Origin: an uncultured Verrucomicrobiae bacterium
GTDB taxonomy: Bacteria; Verrucomicrobiota; Verrucomicrobiia; Chthoniobacterales; Terrimicrobiaceae
Length of the DNA stretch: 64,000 bases
Reading direction: 5' to 3'
Assembly (NCBI GenBank): GCA_963706955.1
Contig: CAVPOC010000008.1
Span: 128,001-192,000, forward strand
In this document: positions 11,015 to 21,397 of the stretch, piece by piece
Position numbering within the stretch: position 1 is the stretch's first letter
How the letters are laid out: the number at the start of each line of letters is the position of its first letter
Translations under genes and position numbers: made by a program
The notes under the pieces: model-generated
What the model was told of the DNA's origin: nothing
What the model saw: the letters and a program-made list of their open reading frames with translations, nothing else
Database searches by the model: none

Positions 11015-12301
11015 TTAATCAGGTCGAGCGTCGAGCATCCTGCCAGTCAACTCTTCAGTCGTTGAGAGCACCGCCTCCCGAAGATTCAACCAAGCCTTTA
11101 AATACATTTGGGAATCTTCCCACGACCCTTTCTTGAGTTCAACACGTTGCAAGAGCTCCCAGTCAGTAGCGTCTAATGAGAACGAAGACTTTAGTCTGCC
11201 TATTCTTTCAGATCGAAAAGCGTCGCTCCAGGTGTCGGACAGTGCGTACACCTCTATTACTGCTTCCGAAAGAGTCTTCCAATCGGCCGCTATCTGCGGA
11301 TCCGGAAAGTAGCTACGGAGTTGCGTCCCAAGAGTTGCTTGCTTAAGCTGGAAATCCTTGAACGCACGATCGTATTCGGCTTGATCGATCGCATTTTGCT
11401 CGGCGAACTGGACGGCCGAGAGGAACTTTACGACAGATTCTGTTACTTCGCTTGCCAGGCGCGTGCGAGTCTCAACTGTCGGAGTTGCTGGCTCGGTCGA
11501 ACGCGGAGTCGATTTCGCCTCCTGCACATCCGGCTGCCGTCCGACTGCTGGCGCAGAATCCTGTTTCGCCTTATGAATGAGATAGGCTGCGAGCGTTATC
11601 GCGGCGAGCACAGTTAGTCCCACGAAAGCCGCCTTCCTCCACCTCGATTTCCGGACTTTCACTAATACCTGCGGCAACGAGAAGGGCGATCGGTTCTCGG
11701 GGGCAGATCCGCCCTTAGAATCGCCTTTCCCCCCCACACCAAGAGGATTCGTCGTATCTCTCAGGTCGCCCGTTGCGCTGTCAGGCTCCACGATTCCCGA
11801 AATCGTATTCTCTCTACTGGGCTGTTCTTCCCTCACTAAGCGCAAGGCTTGCTCCAACGCGGCGATAAGCCGTTCGCAATCATCGTTGAAACGACTATGC
11901 CTGATTTCAAATGCATTGCGGCGGGACAATGGTTTGAGGTCTTCAGGAAGGTCGACGGCCTTTGGCATTGAGGCATCCTCTACCAAGACCGGGATCACTA
12001 TTACGTTACGCTTAAGCGCCGCAGCTATTTCTATGCGAACGAAATCTTCCGGGTTGTCGAGTCGACGTCGACCTTTCTCATCAGACGAAACCAGCCAGTC
12101 TCTTCCAATAACCGCGATCAGCGCGTCACACGAACTTACGCTCTTTTCAATTGCGTCAACAAAGTCGACACCCGGGGCAAGGTTGGCGACATCCATGAAA
12201 ATGCGATTTGAAGCAAAATGGCTATGTAGCCGATCATATAGTCGACCGGCCGACGCTTGACTGTCATCGATACGATAGCTAATGAAAATTTGGCCGCCCA
12301 T
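11015..12301 (-). CDS. TIR-domain protein with one TM helix and a C-terminal extracytoplasmic domain
   Basis: IFISYR..DS...AGRLYDRL...IFMDV..PGVDF...RRLDNPEDFVRIEI; TM AAFVGLTVLAAITLAAYLI; ATG at 12301 chosen over the ORF-track start at 12337. Confidence 0.85.
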   Translation of the reverse strand: MGGQIFISYRIDDSQASAGRLYDRLHSHFASNRIFMDVANLAPGVDFVDAIEKSVSSCDALIAVIGRDWLVSSDEKGRRRLDNPEDFVRIEIAAALKRNVIVIPVLVEDASMPKAVDLPEDLKPLSRRNAFEIRHSRFNDDCERLIAALEQALRLVREEQPSRENTISGIVEPDSATGDLRDTTNPLGVGGKGDSKGGSAPENRSPFSLPQVLVKVRKSRWRKAAFVGLTVLAAITLAAYLIHKAKQDSAPAVGRQPDVQEAKSTPRSTEPATPTVETRTRLASEVTESVVKFLSAVQFAEQNAIDQAEYDRAFKDFQLKQATLGTQLRSYFPDPQIAADWKTLSEAVIEVYALSDTWSDAFRSERIGRLKSSFSLDATDWELLQRVELKKGSWEDSQMYLKAWLNLREAVLSTTEELTGRMLDARPD

Positions 12302-12822
12302 CTCTTGCCTTAGCCATTGGCTATCCAAAACTGCCAAACGTGGGTGCCTTGGCCACGTGAGAGGCCGTGTTCACGTAAGCACTTATATCCGAACAGGGCC
12401 GGAAAGGTCAAGTCCAGCAACGGATACGAATTTGGTTTGCGCGCTGTCGCGGATGGTCAACACAGGTTTTCATCCGGTCGGCGAAATAAGGTAAGCGTCG
12501 GTGAAGAGCTCTCAATTTTAAGGTCAGCGCGGTCACTGAGATTAGCAACAAACTGAGCGAGGCGCTGGGGCGCTTTGCCCATCGCTAGCTCGAGAGCGGA
12601 GTATTATCCCTATCTGATCCTGAGTCTAACCCGAAAGAGATACATTACAAAAGAGGATGGCCTATCCTTACAAGAGGGAATGCCAAGAGGAAGACCAGTA
12701 GCAGCAATTGTTCTGAGCCCTGCAATTACATCGCCCAGAGCTGAAGGCGCGATTCAAACGGCGCAATTGTTCAAATCCTAGACATCACGCTCGTGACATC
12801 GCTACAGCTTGCCTCGGCCAAG

Positions 12823-13551
12823 CTAGAACAACTCGTGCGCAAGAACGCTCAGACAGTAGAGCGCAGCCGTCTCCGCGCGGAGAATGATCGGCCCCAGCGT
12901 AACCGGCCGGCATCCCATGCTCTTGGCGAGGGCGAGCTCCGCCGGCGTGAAGTCTCCCTCCGGTCCGACGAAGACGCAGACGCTCCGCGGGTTCGGGTAA
13001 TCTGCCAGGACGCTCTTGATCCGGCGCGCGTCCGGCTGCAACGAGGCGATCAACATCAACTCGGAAGGCTCCTGTTTTTGAAAGAATGCCTTTGGACTTC
13101 GTGGAACCGCAATTTCCGGAAGTCTGTTTTGTCCGGATTGCTTGCATGCCTCGATGGCAATCTCACGCCACTTATCCCGCTTCTTCTCGGCATCCCTCAC
13201 GTCCAGCTGCACAATCGTGCGGTCGGAAAATAGCGGCGCGATCCGTGCCGCCCCGAGCTCGGTCGCTTTCTGAACAATGAAGTCCATGTGCTTCCCCTTG
13301 GGAATGGCCTGCGCAAGCGTGATCGCACAATCGAGCGGTTGCGAGCCGAGCTTTGGACCAATTCGCAAGATCACCTTCCCTCCCTCGAGACCTACGATAT
13401 TTCCCCGCGCTTCGCTCCCCTCGCCATCAAACACCGTCACGTGGTCTCCCACGCCGAAACGAAGCACGTTAAGAACGTGATGCGACTCGCCCTCGTCAAG
13501 AACAGGTGAAGGGGCATTCCACTCGTTGGGCGGAAGATAAAAGCGATGCAT
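12823..13551 (-). CDS. rsmE: 16S rRNA m3U1498 methyltransferase
   Basis: MHRFY, HHVLNVLR, QKATELG, EACKQSG, VGPEGDF and LGPIILRAETAA motifs. Confidence 0.95.
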   Translation of the reverse strand: MHRFYLPPNEWNAPSPVLDEGESHHVLNVLRFGVGDHVTVFDGEGSEARGNIVGLEGGKVILRIGPKLGSQPLDCAITLAQAIPKGKHMDFIVQKATELGAARIAPLFSDRTIVQLDVRDAEKKRDKWREIAIEACKQSGQNRLPEIAVPRSPKAFFQKQEPSELMLIASLQPDARRIKSVLADYPNPRSVCVFVGPEGDFTPAELALAKSMGCRPVTLGPIILRAETAALYCLSVLAHELF

Positions 13552-13792
13552 CTGGTCAAGTTGAAAGTTGAGGGTTGAAAGTTGAGAGGAAAGACAAATC
13601 CAGTGATTGCACAGATTTACACAAAGGGCTTCGGGCAACCGCCGATCGCCAGTTAGGACTCGTTCACCTATGGGGTCTTCTGCGATTCTCCGCACCCGAA
13701 GAACATTGCAAAGCTTTGCACGTTTCCCACCCTTCCCGGCCACCCTAGTCGGTGTAGCTCGGTGCAAACTGTGAACGATCAACTAACTTCCA

Positions 13793-13878
13793 CCCTGTCC
13801 GCTGAAGCCTTCGCAGGCGGCCCTGTCCACTGAAGCCTTCGCAGGCGGACCTGTCCGCCGAAGGCTTGGCGTAGGCGG
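13793..13878. repeat. Three tandem ~28 bp palindromic REP-like units
   Basis: CCCTGTCC(G/A)CTGAAGCCTTCGCAGGCGG twice, then CCTGTCCGCCGAAGGCTTGGCGTAGGCGG; TCAAC(T/C)N heptamer repeats nearby at 13560-13587 and 13880-13900. Confidence 0.8.
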
Positions 13879-13886
13879 ATCAACTC

Positions 13887-14756
13887 TCAACCATCAACTT
13901 CTTCCCCAGATACTCCTCCACTGCTTCCTGCCAGCGCCGCGGCACCATCCCTGTCACCGCGGTGAACTTGGCCGTGCTCACCATCGGTATGTGGCGGACG
14001 CGGCGCAACGAACGCCTTGAGGTCGGAGAGCGAGATCGGCTCCGCCTTGCGCGCCTTCAGCGGCAGTCCCGCGCGCGCGGCGAAGTCCAACGCGAATTGG
14101 CCATATTCGTGCCACGAACATCCTCCGGCATTGCACATGTGGTAGACCCCACCTGGCAAATCGCCATCGAGGAATGGACGCAGCCAGCGCGAGACATCCT
14201 CGGTGAACGTCATGCACGACGTCTTGTTGGCAATAGCTTCGACACGGTCGTTCGCGAGCGCCCGCTCGATGATCTGGTCCACAAAGCTCGGCTTGTCCGG
14301 ACCGAACACCCAGGCGACGCGGACGGCCATGTGCCGCGGAGACGGCGCCAGCGCTGCCCGCTCGCCTTGGAGCTTCGTCCGGCCGTAATGGCTGAGCGGA
14401 CGCGCCTCGTCCTCTTCGGTGTAGGGCGTCGTCTTGGCGCCATCGAAAACGTAGTCGGTGCTGAAATGGATGAACCGCGCCTGTTTTGCGGCGGCATCTT
14501 CGGCCATCACGCCCGGCGCGCGCGCATTGACGATCTCGGCCTCCTCGCGGTCCCTCTCGCAACGATCCACATTCGTCAGCCCGGTGCAGTTCACCAGCAC
14601 ATCGTAAGACTCGGACTCCAGAAGCTTTCCTAATGCCGGCAGGTCGGCCACATCGAGCTCCGGACGCGCCAGCGCCCGAACTTCATAATCCGGCGCCCAC
14701 ATCCGCGCCAACGCACCGCCCAGCCGCCCCTTGCTGCCCAACACCAGCACCTTCAT
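13887..14756 (-). CDS. rfbD: dTDP-4-dehydrorhamnose reductase; probable frameshift near 13980
   Basis: GSKGRLG, STDYVFDG, YGRTK; shifted frame gives the expected tail STAKFTAVTGMVPRRWQEAVEEYL. Confidence 0.92.
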   Translation of the reverse strand: MKVLVLGSKGRLGGALARMWAPDYEVRALARPELDVADLPALGKLLESESYDVLVNCTGLTNVDRCERDREEAEIVNARAPGVMAEDAAAKQARFIHFSTDYVFDGAKTTPYTEEDEARPLSHYGRTKLQGERAALAPSPRHMAVRVAWVFGPDKPSFVDQIIERALANDRVEAIANKTSCMTFTEDVSRWLRPFLDGDLPGGVYHMCNAGGCSWHEYGQFALDFAARAGLPLKARKAEPISLSDLKAFVAPRPPHTDGEHGQVHRGDRDGAAALAGSSGGVSGEEVDG

Positions 14757-14770
14757 AACAGCGACGCACC

Positions 14771-14898
14771 TGTAGCGCCGGTGTCCCCACCGGCGACGTT
14801 ATACGCGAACGCTGCAAGCGAATCCCCACCGGCGACGCGAAAAATGCCACGCCCGCAGGCGCTACGCGCCAGCGTTGCGGGCGGGTCCCCAGCGCCGA
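14771..14898. repeat. GTAG-type REP composite element
   Basis: TGTAGCGCCGGTGTCCCCACCGGCGA, a degenerate second copy, and a segment shared with 7401-7438. Confidence 0.75.
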
Positions 14899-15014
14899 CA
14901 CGACCGCTCTCATCACTGTGGAAAACGCTCGCACCGCCGCGCCCCAAAAAACCTCGCCCAAAGCACCCCGATGAAGACGATCCTTCGCCTCACTCTTCTT
15001 GACATCCGCTCCCC

Positions 15015-16010
15015 TCATCCCGCGACTTCGACCGGCTTGGCCAGCAGCGGTTCCCACCATTCGCGATTGTCGAGATACCACTGGACCGTCTGGCGAATCC
15101 CCTCGCGCGGATTATGCAGCGGCTTCCAGCTTAGCTCGGACTGGATCTTGCTTGAATCGATCGCGTAGCGTCTGTCGTGCCCCAGCCGGTCGGTCACGTA
15201 GCTGATCAACTCGCGCGGCTTGCCAAGCGTCTCGAGGATCAACTCGACCACGGCGATGTTCTCCATCTCGCCGTCCCCGCCGATATTGTAAACCTCGCCC
15301 GGCCTGCCTTCGAGAAGCACCGCCATGATGCCGCGGCAATGATCTTCCACGTGGATCCAGTCGCGCACGTTCAAGCCGTCCCCATAGACCGGCAGCTTCT
15401 TGTCCGCGAGCGCGTTCGTGATCATCAGCGGGATCAGCTTTTCCGGGAATTGATATGGACCGTAGTTATTCGAGCAGCGCGTGATGACGACCTCCTGGTC
15501 GAACGTCTTGAACGCCGCCAGCGCGAGCAAATCAGCCGACGCCTTGCTCGCCGAATACGGCGAACTCGGATCCAGCGGCGAGGACTCCGTGAACTTCCCC
15601 GTCGGCCCGAGCGAACCATAGACTTCGTCCGTCGAGATCTGGACGAAGCGCTTCACGCCATGCTTGCGCGCCGCTTCGAGGAGCACTTCGGTGCCGATCA
15701 CGTTCGTGTGAATGAAATTCCCCGGATCCGTAATGCTGCGGTCGACATGCGATTCGGCGGCAAAATTCACGATCGCGTAGAACTTGTGCTGGGAGAGGAT
15801 CGCCTCCATCGCCTCGCGGTCCGCGATGTCGGTCTGGAAGAACTCGTACCGATCCGCATGCTCTTCCGCCACGCCGGCCAGGTTCTCCGGGTTTCCCGCA
15901 TAGCTGAGCACGTCGACGTTCGTGACGAACTCCGGCTGGTAGTGCTCGAGCACGAAGCGCACAAAATTGCTCCCAATAAACCCACACCCGCCTGTAACCA
16001 GAAGACGCAT
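15015..16010 (-). CDS. rfbB: dTDP-glucose 4,6-dehydratase
   Basis: VTGGCGFIGSNF, AAESHVDRS, STDEVYGS, YSASK, CSNNYGPYQFPEKLIP, GHDRRYA. Confidence 0.97.
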   Translation of the reverse strand: MRLLVTGGCGFIGSNFVRFVLEHYQPEFVTNVDVLSYAGNPENLAGVAEEHADRYEFFQTDIADREAMEAILSQHKFYAIVNFAAESHVDRSITDPGNFIHTNVIGTEVLLEAARKHGVKRFVQISTDEVYGSLGPTGKFTESSPLDPSSPYSASKASADLLALAAFKTFDQEVVITRCSNNYGPYQFPEKLIPLMITNALADKKLPVYGDGLNVRDWIHVEDHCRGIMAVLLEGRPGEVYNIGGDGEMENIAVVELILETLGKPRELISYVTDRLGHDRRYAIDSSKIQSELSWKPLHNPREGIRQTVQWYLDNREWWEPLLAKPVEVAG

Positions 16011-16160
16011 CGCCGGCAGCATCTATCAGACCGCAAAGTCATGCGGCAATGCGCAAAATACAAGGCGAGCAGCCGACGCCAACCGGTACACGACGCTGAA
16101 GCGAGCCATAAGAAGCAATAATGCCCACATGGATATAAATCGAGTTCATTCTGCTCATTT

Positions 16161-16887
16161 ATGTTTGCTTGGTATGAAAAAAATCTGGCCAGATTCAAAA
16201 TGACGATGCTAGAAGCGCCGGGTGTCTTCGCCTCTCTATGCCGAAATACCTACTGCCAGCTCCCCTTACCTTCTATCCTGATTAGCGTCCTTTTGACCGT
16301 GAGCCCGGCAAGGAGCGAAATACCTAATCAAGCGCTTAACCAGTTTTTGGCTGGCCAAATTGCACCAGACCGCCACGAGTTCGGTGAAATTCAGATGACG
16401 AGAGCCGACATTTCGCAGTGGCTCCAGAAGCTTCGCACGGCCAAGCACCCGCAGGAGCGAGGCACCGCAGTCGCGAATCTTCAAAATTGCGCCTGGGTGC
16501 TTTTGGAAACTCCGGCGACAACACCTGCGGCGCTAGAACTGCTTAACCAATGGGTGGTGCCCAATGTCACCCTTCTGCGAAGCAAGCCGCGAACAAGCGC
16601 TTGCTCTTGGGAGAATGTCGTCCAAGGCGCTTATGCCTGCTACAAGAAGGCTGGCGATGCGCATGGTCAAAGGCGCGTTCTCGAGTTGCTTTCGACACAA
16701 GCGCGCGACCCCGACCTTCGCGATTTGGCCACGATTCGCCTGGCAGGATTAAAAGCTTCTCAAGGCAGCCTCAAGGAAGCGGTCGATGTCGTCCGCAAGA
16801 CTGACCCTAATGGCAAACTCGCCCAACCTCGCGCCAAATTGCTGCAAGACTGGCAGCAACAGCTCCAACCCAAAAAGTCCGCAATGA
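16161..16887 (+). CDS. Hypothetical secreted helical protein; probably a separate gene that appears fused in frame to the next one
   Basis: Signal-like ILISVLLTVSPARS; a second signal peptide starts at ATG 16884, which overlaps an out-of-frame TGA (ATGA) just after an A run. Confidence 0.45.
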
Positions 16888-19051
16888 GAACTGCGCATCT
16901 GATAGCTTGTGTGATAGTCGGCGTAACTTTTCATGCGTCAACTTCGCTCCTGCTTGGACAAGATGTGCAGGAACTCATTTACGACGTTACCGAGATGGCC
17001 AATGGTTCGGTTGAACAGGCACGCCTCGAGGCGCAGCGGCAAGCGGAAGGAATCGGGCCCTCCTATAGAAGTTATCAGAAAAATGAGCGCAAATCCTTCT
17101 CCGGAGAATATACTCCACCCGAGTTGCCCGAAGATAAAAAGGGCCGATTCGTCTACGGGCTTGCGCTATTCGCGGATGACGGTTGTAACGTGACCGTAGA
17201 AGGAAGTCAGATTCACTCACACTTGCAACAGCCTCAGCACCTGCCTGAATCTTGAAAAGTCATTTCACGTGCTTCCGGTCGCGGTCGGGCCGGGACAACC
17301 GATTAACATAACGGTAGATTATTCGAACACGATCTACAACGAGGACGCCCGAGGGCCCGGGATATCCCGACGTCGACGGATGTGCGTTGTTTCTTTACTT
17401 GATCCCCGTAGAACTTGCTGTCGACGCAAATAGCGACGGACAGATCCAACTCGGCAGGGCTAGGGATAGAACAGACCCAAATGAGCCCTTTCGTTTCTGG
17501 TGCAATGATGACAACGATGGAACCGGCAATGGGGCAGAAGTTTATAGGCGGAGCCGCAGGACTCGTCGGATACGGAAATCGCAGAGCAAACGCGACCTTG
17601 GAAGACTTTGCCCGACTGTGGCTGCGTATCGGTGGACTCCATAAGGAAATCGCGTGCTGGCACAATCAAGATTGGCCTGAAATGGCGGAATAGCACGAAT
17701 CCAAGCATCAAACTGTATCAGGCCGCTGAGGCCAATGGAAGGACACGATATCTCGAGCGCAATGGCCCAGCAACTTCGCAAATCAGCGGCGATTACAGGA
17801 CGGCCAAGGCGACGGTGACTGGCATAGCCGCCGGCAATCCTTCCAACGAGTGTCTTTTCAACCTTTACGCGAGCAAAGGCCTAACACCTACTTCTTATTC
17901 GAAGGTGTATCGGAAGGTAAAGGGCAGCTCGTTGTTACCCTCCATAATGCTAACGGAACCGAGACCGCCGAAGGTCCCGGCGTGTGGCTAGACTTGATGA
18001 ACATTAAAGAGCATGTACGCACGCGCTTCGGCAACACCAGACACTCTAGTCAAACCCTACGAATCCGATAGCTCCGACATTTGACGATTCCGATTTCAAC
18101 TTTACCGCCGACGCTTACACAACTCCAACGAATGAAGAGAAGAAGGCGTTGGTTTTCGTGCATGGGTGGAACATGAGCGATGAAAGCTATTTCAGTTTCA
18201 GTGAGACTATGTTTAAGCGCATGTGGCACCAGGGCTTTAGTGGGCGATTTTGTGCCTTTCGGTGGGCAACCCTGACGAGCTTGGATTCATACAATACGAG
18301 CGAGTATCGGGCGTGGAAATATGGACGATCACTCCACAACTATGTGGCAAGTTTGCCTGGCGATTACCTCAAGAGCGTGGTCGCGCATAGCATGGGCAAT
18401 GTAGTGACCGGTTCTGCGTTGCAACGTGGCATGTCAATCGATCGCTACTTTCTCATGGAAGCAGCTGTGCCAGGTGGCTGCTACAACGATGCTGTAAATA
18501 ATTACGAACGCTTTACGGTCGAAGAGGAGATTCGCCCAACACCCCACAGCATTCTCGACTTGGGCTATCAGCTTTACCTACAATCTGTTTACACGAACGT
18601 TGCGAGCGTAGTTAACTTCTACAATGTGAATGACTTTGCGCTTGCGACCGGTACGTATCCACTAATTGGCAGTACTAACTGGGAACAGAATCAAATATCC
18701 TACAAACCCGATGCCAATGCGACTTTGCATGGCAATAAGGTTTATGCCTACGATTCCGGACCTGCAAACGAACCTTATCCTGTTGGACAACGCTGTTTTT
18801 TAAGAAGTGTCCACCCTCCGTTTGATCAACGGCAGGTCAGCGACATGCATGAATCGATGGCCTATGTAGCGCGCCCTCGATCCAAGGCTCTGGGAGCGGA
18901 ACCAAACAGCACGACTATCTTTCCAAACTCCCTCGATTTAGCAGCACGGTATGGATTTGGCGGTGGACGATCGGATCATAGTGGTCAGTTTGACCGACGT
19001 ATTCAGCAGGTACACGAGCTGTATAATGCAATCTCGGACGAGCTTAAGTGA
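16884..19051 (+). CDS. Large secreted protein with a C-terminal alpha/beta-hydrolase domain; several frameshifts between 17.25 and 18.15 kb
   Basis: Signal MRTAHLIACVIVGVTFHASTSLLLG; pieces VELAVDANSDG, PFRFWCNDDND, LEDFARLW, YFLFEG in successive frames; hydrolase motifs VFVHGWN and VAHSMG, C-terminal SDHS. Confidence 0.7.
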
Positions 19052-20109
19052 CTTTGATGTCGAAAAGTATAGTCATAGCAGCATTCACCGCACTCGTTTT
19101 GATAGCGACCGCCGTCCTCTGGTGGCGCAGTCGCCCTTCGGCGACGGAATCTTCGCTAAACCATGTCAAAGCGACAGCTACACCGGTCCCAAAGGAGCCT
19201 CAGGTGCTTCTTGATGAATATCCGCAGTTGTCTTTGCGAGATCGCCCTCGACAAGAGGTAATCAAGGCATTCAACGAAAACACAAAACGTGACCCGCGTT
19301 ACGAATGGAAGATCCCAATCCGTTTCTTTGGGAAGGTTGTCGATCAAGATGACAATGCTGTTGCCGACGCCTTGGTTCATTTTCAGTGGGTCAACCTCCA
19401 AGGGAATGAAGGAGTGGAGGAAGCCGAAGCAACAACTGACCAACAAGGCCGGTTTTCCCTCGAGGGCAAGAGAGGAAAACGGTTAAGCGTAAGAATATCG
19501 AAGAAGGGCTATTACGATGTGACACGAGACGAAAACCAGCTTGACTTTGAGTATGCCAATCCTGCTGAGCATGTCTTCTACGAGCCCGACGCGAGTAATC
19601 CAGTGATCCTTCGAATACGAAAAAAGGGAAAAATGGAAGAGCTAATTGCTAATGAAGTACTGCTTGACTTGCGTGGCCAAGGCGCGACGGCAACGGTTGA
19701 CTTAGTTACAGGCAACGTGTCGCCATCGAACGGTCAACTTCAAGTGGCGGTTTGGAAACCGGGTATCACGGCCGAACAGATCAACACGGGCAAGGTCTTT
19801 CCTTACGAGTGGCGCGTTCAGCTTAAGATCAATGGCGGCGGTTTAGCTGAATACACGGATGTCGATCCGTTCGAAGCTCCGAAATCAGGCTATACTAGTC
19901 AGTATGATGCCCTTCTGCAGCCGACCCACGGAGCCAGCGCTGATGTTACGGTGGACAAGCAGTTTTACTTTTACTTTGGCCAACCGCCTAAGTACGGACG
20001 ATTCCAGCTACGGACAAATGGAGATCGCGCCTCCGTTTTCATTAAATCTTGGCTGAACCCCTCCGGTTCTCGCAATTTGGAGTATGACGCCCCCGAAGAG
20101 GACCCTTAA
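19048..20109 (+). CDS. Membrane-anchored protein with a carboxypeptidase-regulatory-like beta-sandwich domain
   Basis: N-terminal TM, IRFFGKVVDQDDNAVADALV, TTDQQGRFSL, WLNPSGSRNLEYD; start overlaps the stop of the hydrolase gene. Confidence 0.7.
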   Translation: MTLMSKSIVIAAFTALVLIATAVLWWRSRPSATESSLNHVKATATPVPKEPQVLLDEYPQLSLRDRPRQEVIKAFNENTKRDPRYEWKIPIRFFGKVVDQDDNAVADALVHFQWVNLQGNEGVEEAEATTDQQGRFSLEGKRGKRLSVRISKKGYYDVTRDENQLDFEYANPAEHVFYEPDASNPVILRIRKKGKMEELIANEVLLDLRGQGATATVDLVTGNVSPSNGQLQVAVWKPGITAEQINTGKVFPYEWRVQLKINGGGLAEYTDVDPFEAPKSGYTSQYDALLQPTHGASADVTVDKQFYFYFGQPPKYGRFQLRTNGDRASVFIKSWLNPSGSRNLEYDAPEEDP

Positions 20110-20303
20110 CACTTCTCGTCACATGAAGAAGGAGAATAGAAGAAAAAGTGGAGATTCAGCGAAGTCGTAGAGCTGTCACTGGTGCGCCCTTGTTAAACAG
20201 ATAATTGGTCCCTAGCTCGCGATTTCCGGATCATTGTCAACACCATAAATAATAGTAATAGGTAATAGGATCGTGTGCCATGAGCGGGCGCTAGATGGTG
20301 GTG

Positions 20304-20632
20304 ATGGCGAGGAGCTTGCGGAGTGTGTATGCGGGCGCCTATTACCATGTGATCGCGCGAGGAAACCGTCGTGAGGAGATATTTTTGGATGAGGAGGACC
20401 GGTGCTTTTTCTAAACGCTGTGTCGGAGGTGTGCGCTCAGACCGTTTGGATGGTGCACGCGTGGATGATCATGGGCGATCAGACCGTGGCGTCTTGCGGA
20501 TGGCTGGCGGCAAGCCTGAAAATGCGGAGCACGGCGAACGTGAGTCAGACGTTGAGAAGAACCGAATGGAAGAGCCTCTTAAAGAGGCCGCCCCGAACGC
20601 TCGCCGAGTATATCGCGAAGGAAAGAAGCTGA
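20304..20632 (+). pseudogene. Internally deleted and frameshifted REP-associated HUH/Y1 tyrosine transposase (RAYT-like)
   Basis: MARSLRSVYAGAYYHVIARGNRREEIFLDEEDR/FLNAVSEVCAQTVWMVHAWMIMG joined directly to the C-terminal QTVASCGWLAASLKMRSTANVSQTLRR; HUH and Tyr segment missing; followed by the end TTTGCACACTGAACCCC. Confidence 0.8.
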
Positions 20633-20681
20633 ATCAATTTGCACACTGAACCCCAATGCGGACCCCCGCTCGATGGAGAGG

Positions 20682-21170
20682 TTAGGCAGCCCTTTCGGGT
20701 GGCGCTCCGCGGTAGATGACCTCGAAACGCTCGCAGACGATTGGCATTCTCGGACTTGGCACTCTTCTAATACGTTTGCATACTCTTCCGAAGTACGCCC
20801 AATGGACTTCGCGCCAATAGCGCAATGATCCATCGCCTTCGCCTTCGATAGCGGCAAACTCCTCACTGACTTCCTCGAAGGGAACAGTCGCCACCGCCTT
20901 GGTTTCGATGACACACAGCGGCTCACCTTGCCAGTTGGTCACGACGCTAAGGTCGCTGGGCTTGGGAGGTGGCCTGTTTTCCGCTTCGAAGGACCAGGCC
21001 AACCCAGCAGTCGCTCGCTTCGTTCCGACAAGAACGAGCCGTCCGAGCTCATTTGCAGCTGGTTCGTTGTCGTCGAAGTGGAAGGCCTCGTAGAAGCGGG
21101 CTTGAACATCACCTCCGACGATGGCTTGAAACTCGAGCCAGAAGGGCTGAATGGAGTGGGGGATGGTCAT
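20682..21170 (-). CDS. ASCH domain protein (YhfF-like), copy 1
   Basis: ANELGRLVLVGTKRATA, FAAIEGEGDGSLRYWREVHWAYF, VCERFEVI. Confidence 0.85.
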   Translation of the reverse strand: MTIPHSIQPFWLEFQAIVGGDVQARFYEAFHFDDNEPAANELGRLVLVGTKRATAGLAWSFEAENRPPPKPSDLSVVTNWQGEPLCVIETKAVATVPFEEVSEEFAAIEGEGDGSLRYWREVHWAYFGRVCKRIRRVPSPRMPIVCERFEVIYRGAPPERAA

Positions 21171-21283
21171 TAGGCTCTCGGTTGCAGCGCGTGGCTGAGC
21201 AGCAGTGTCAGCCCAGGCATTGTGTTCCTCGCACCAGTGGCGCAAGAATATGATTTGCGCAAGCTGGACGCCCTCGAGCGACG

Positions 21284-21397
21284 CTAGCTAGAAAAGGCAT
21301 TTACGAGCATGCTCGTGATAATTCCCGCGATCATGACAACGTTGTGGCCCCAAATCAGGACGTTGAGTGCGGCTAGGAAAACAACTAGAGTGTTCAT
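21284..21397 (-). CDS. 37 aa hydrophobic peptide, copy 1
   Basis: MNTLVVFLAALNVLIWGHNVVMIAGIITSMLVNAFSS; ORF is intact in both copies. Confidence 0.4.
   Translation of the reverse strand: MNTLVVFLAALNVLIWGHNVVMIAGIITSMLVNAFSS

Noticed and set aside
13793..13878. 28 bp repeats as a CRISPR array
   Set aside because: The units are directly tandem with no spacers, there are only three, and no cas genes are present.
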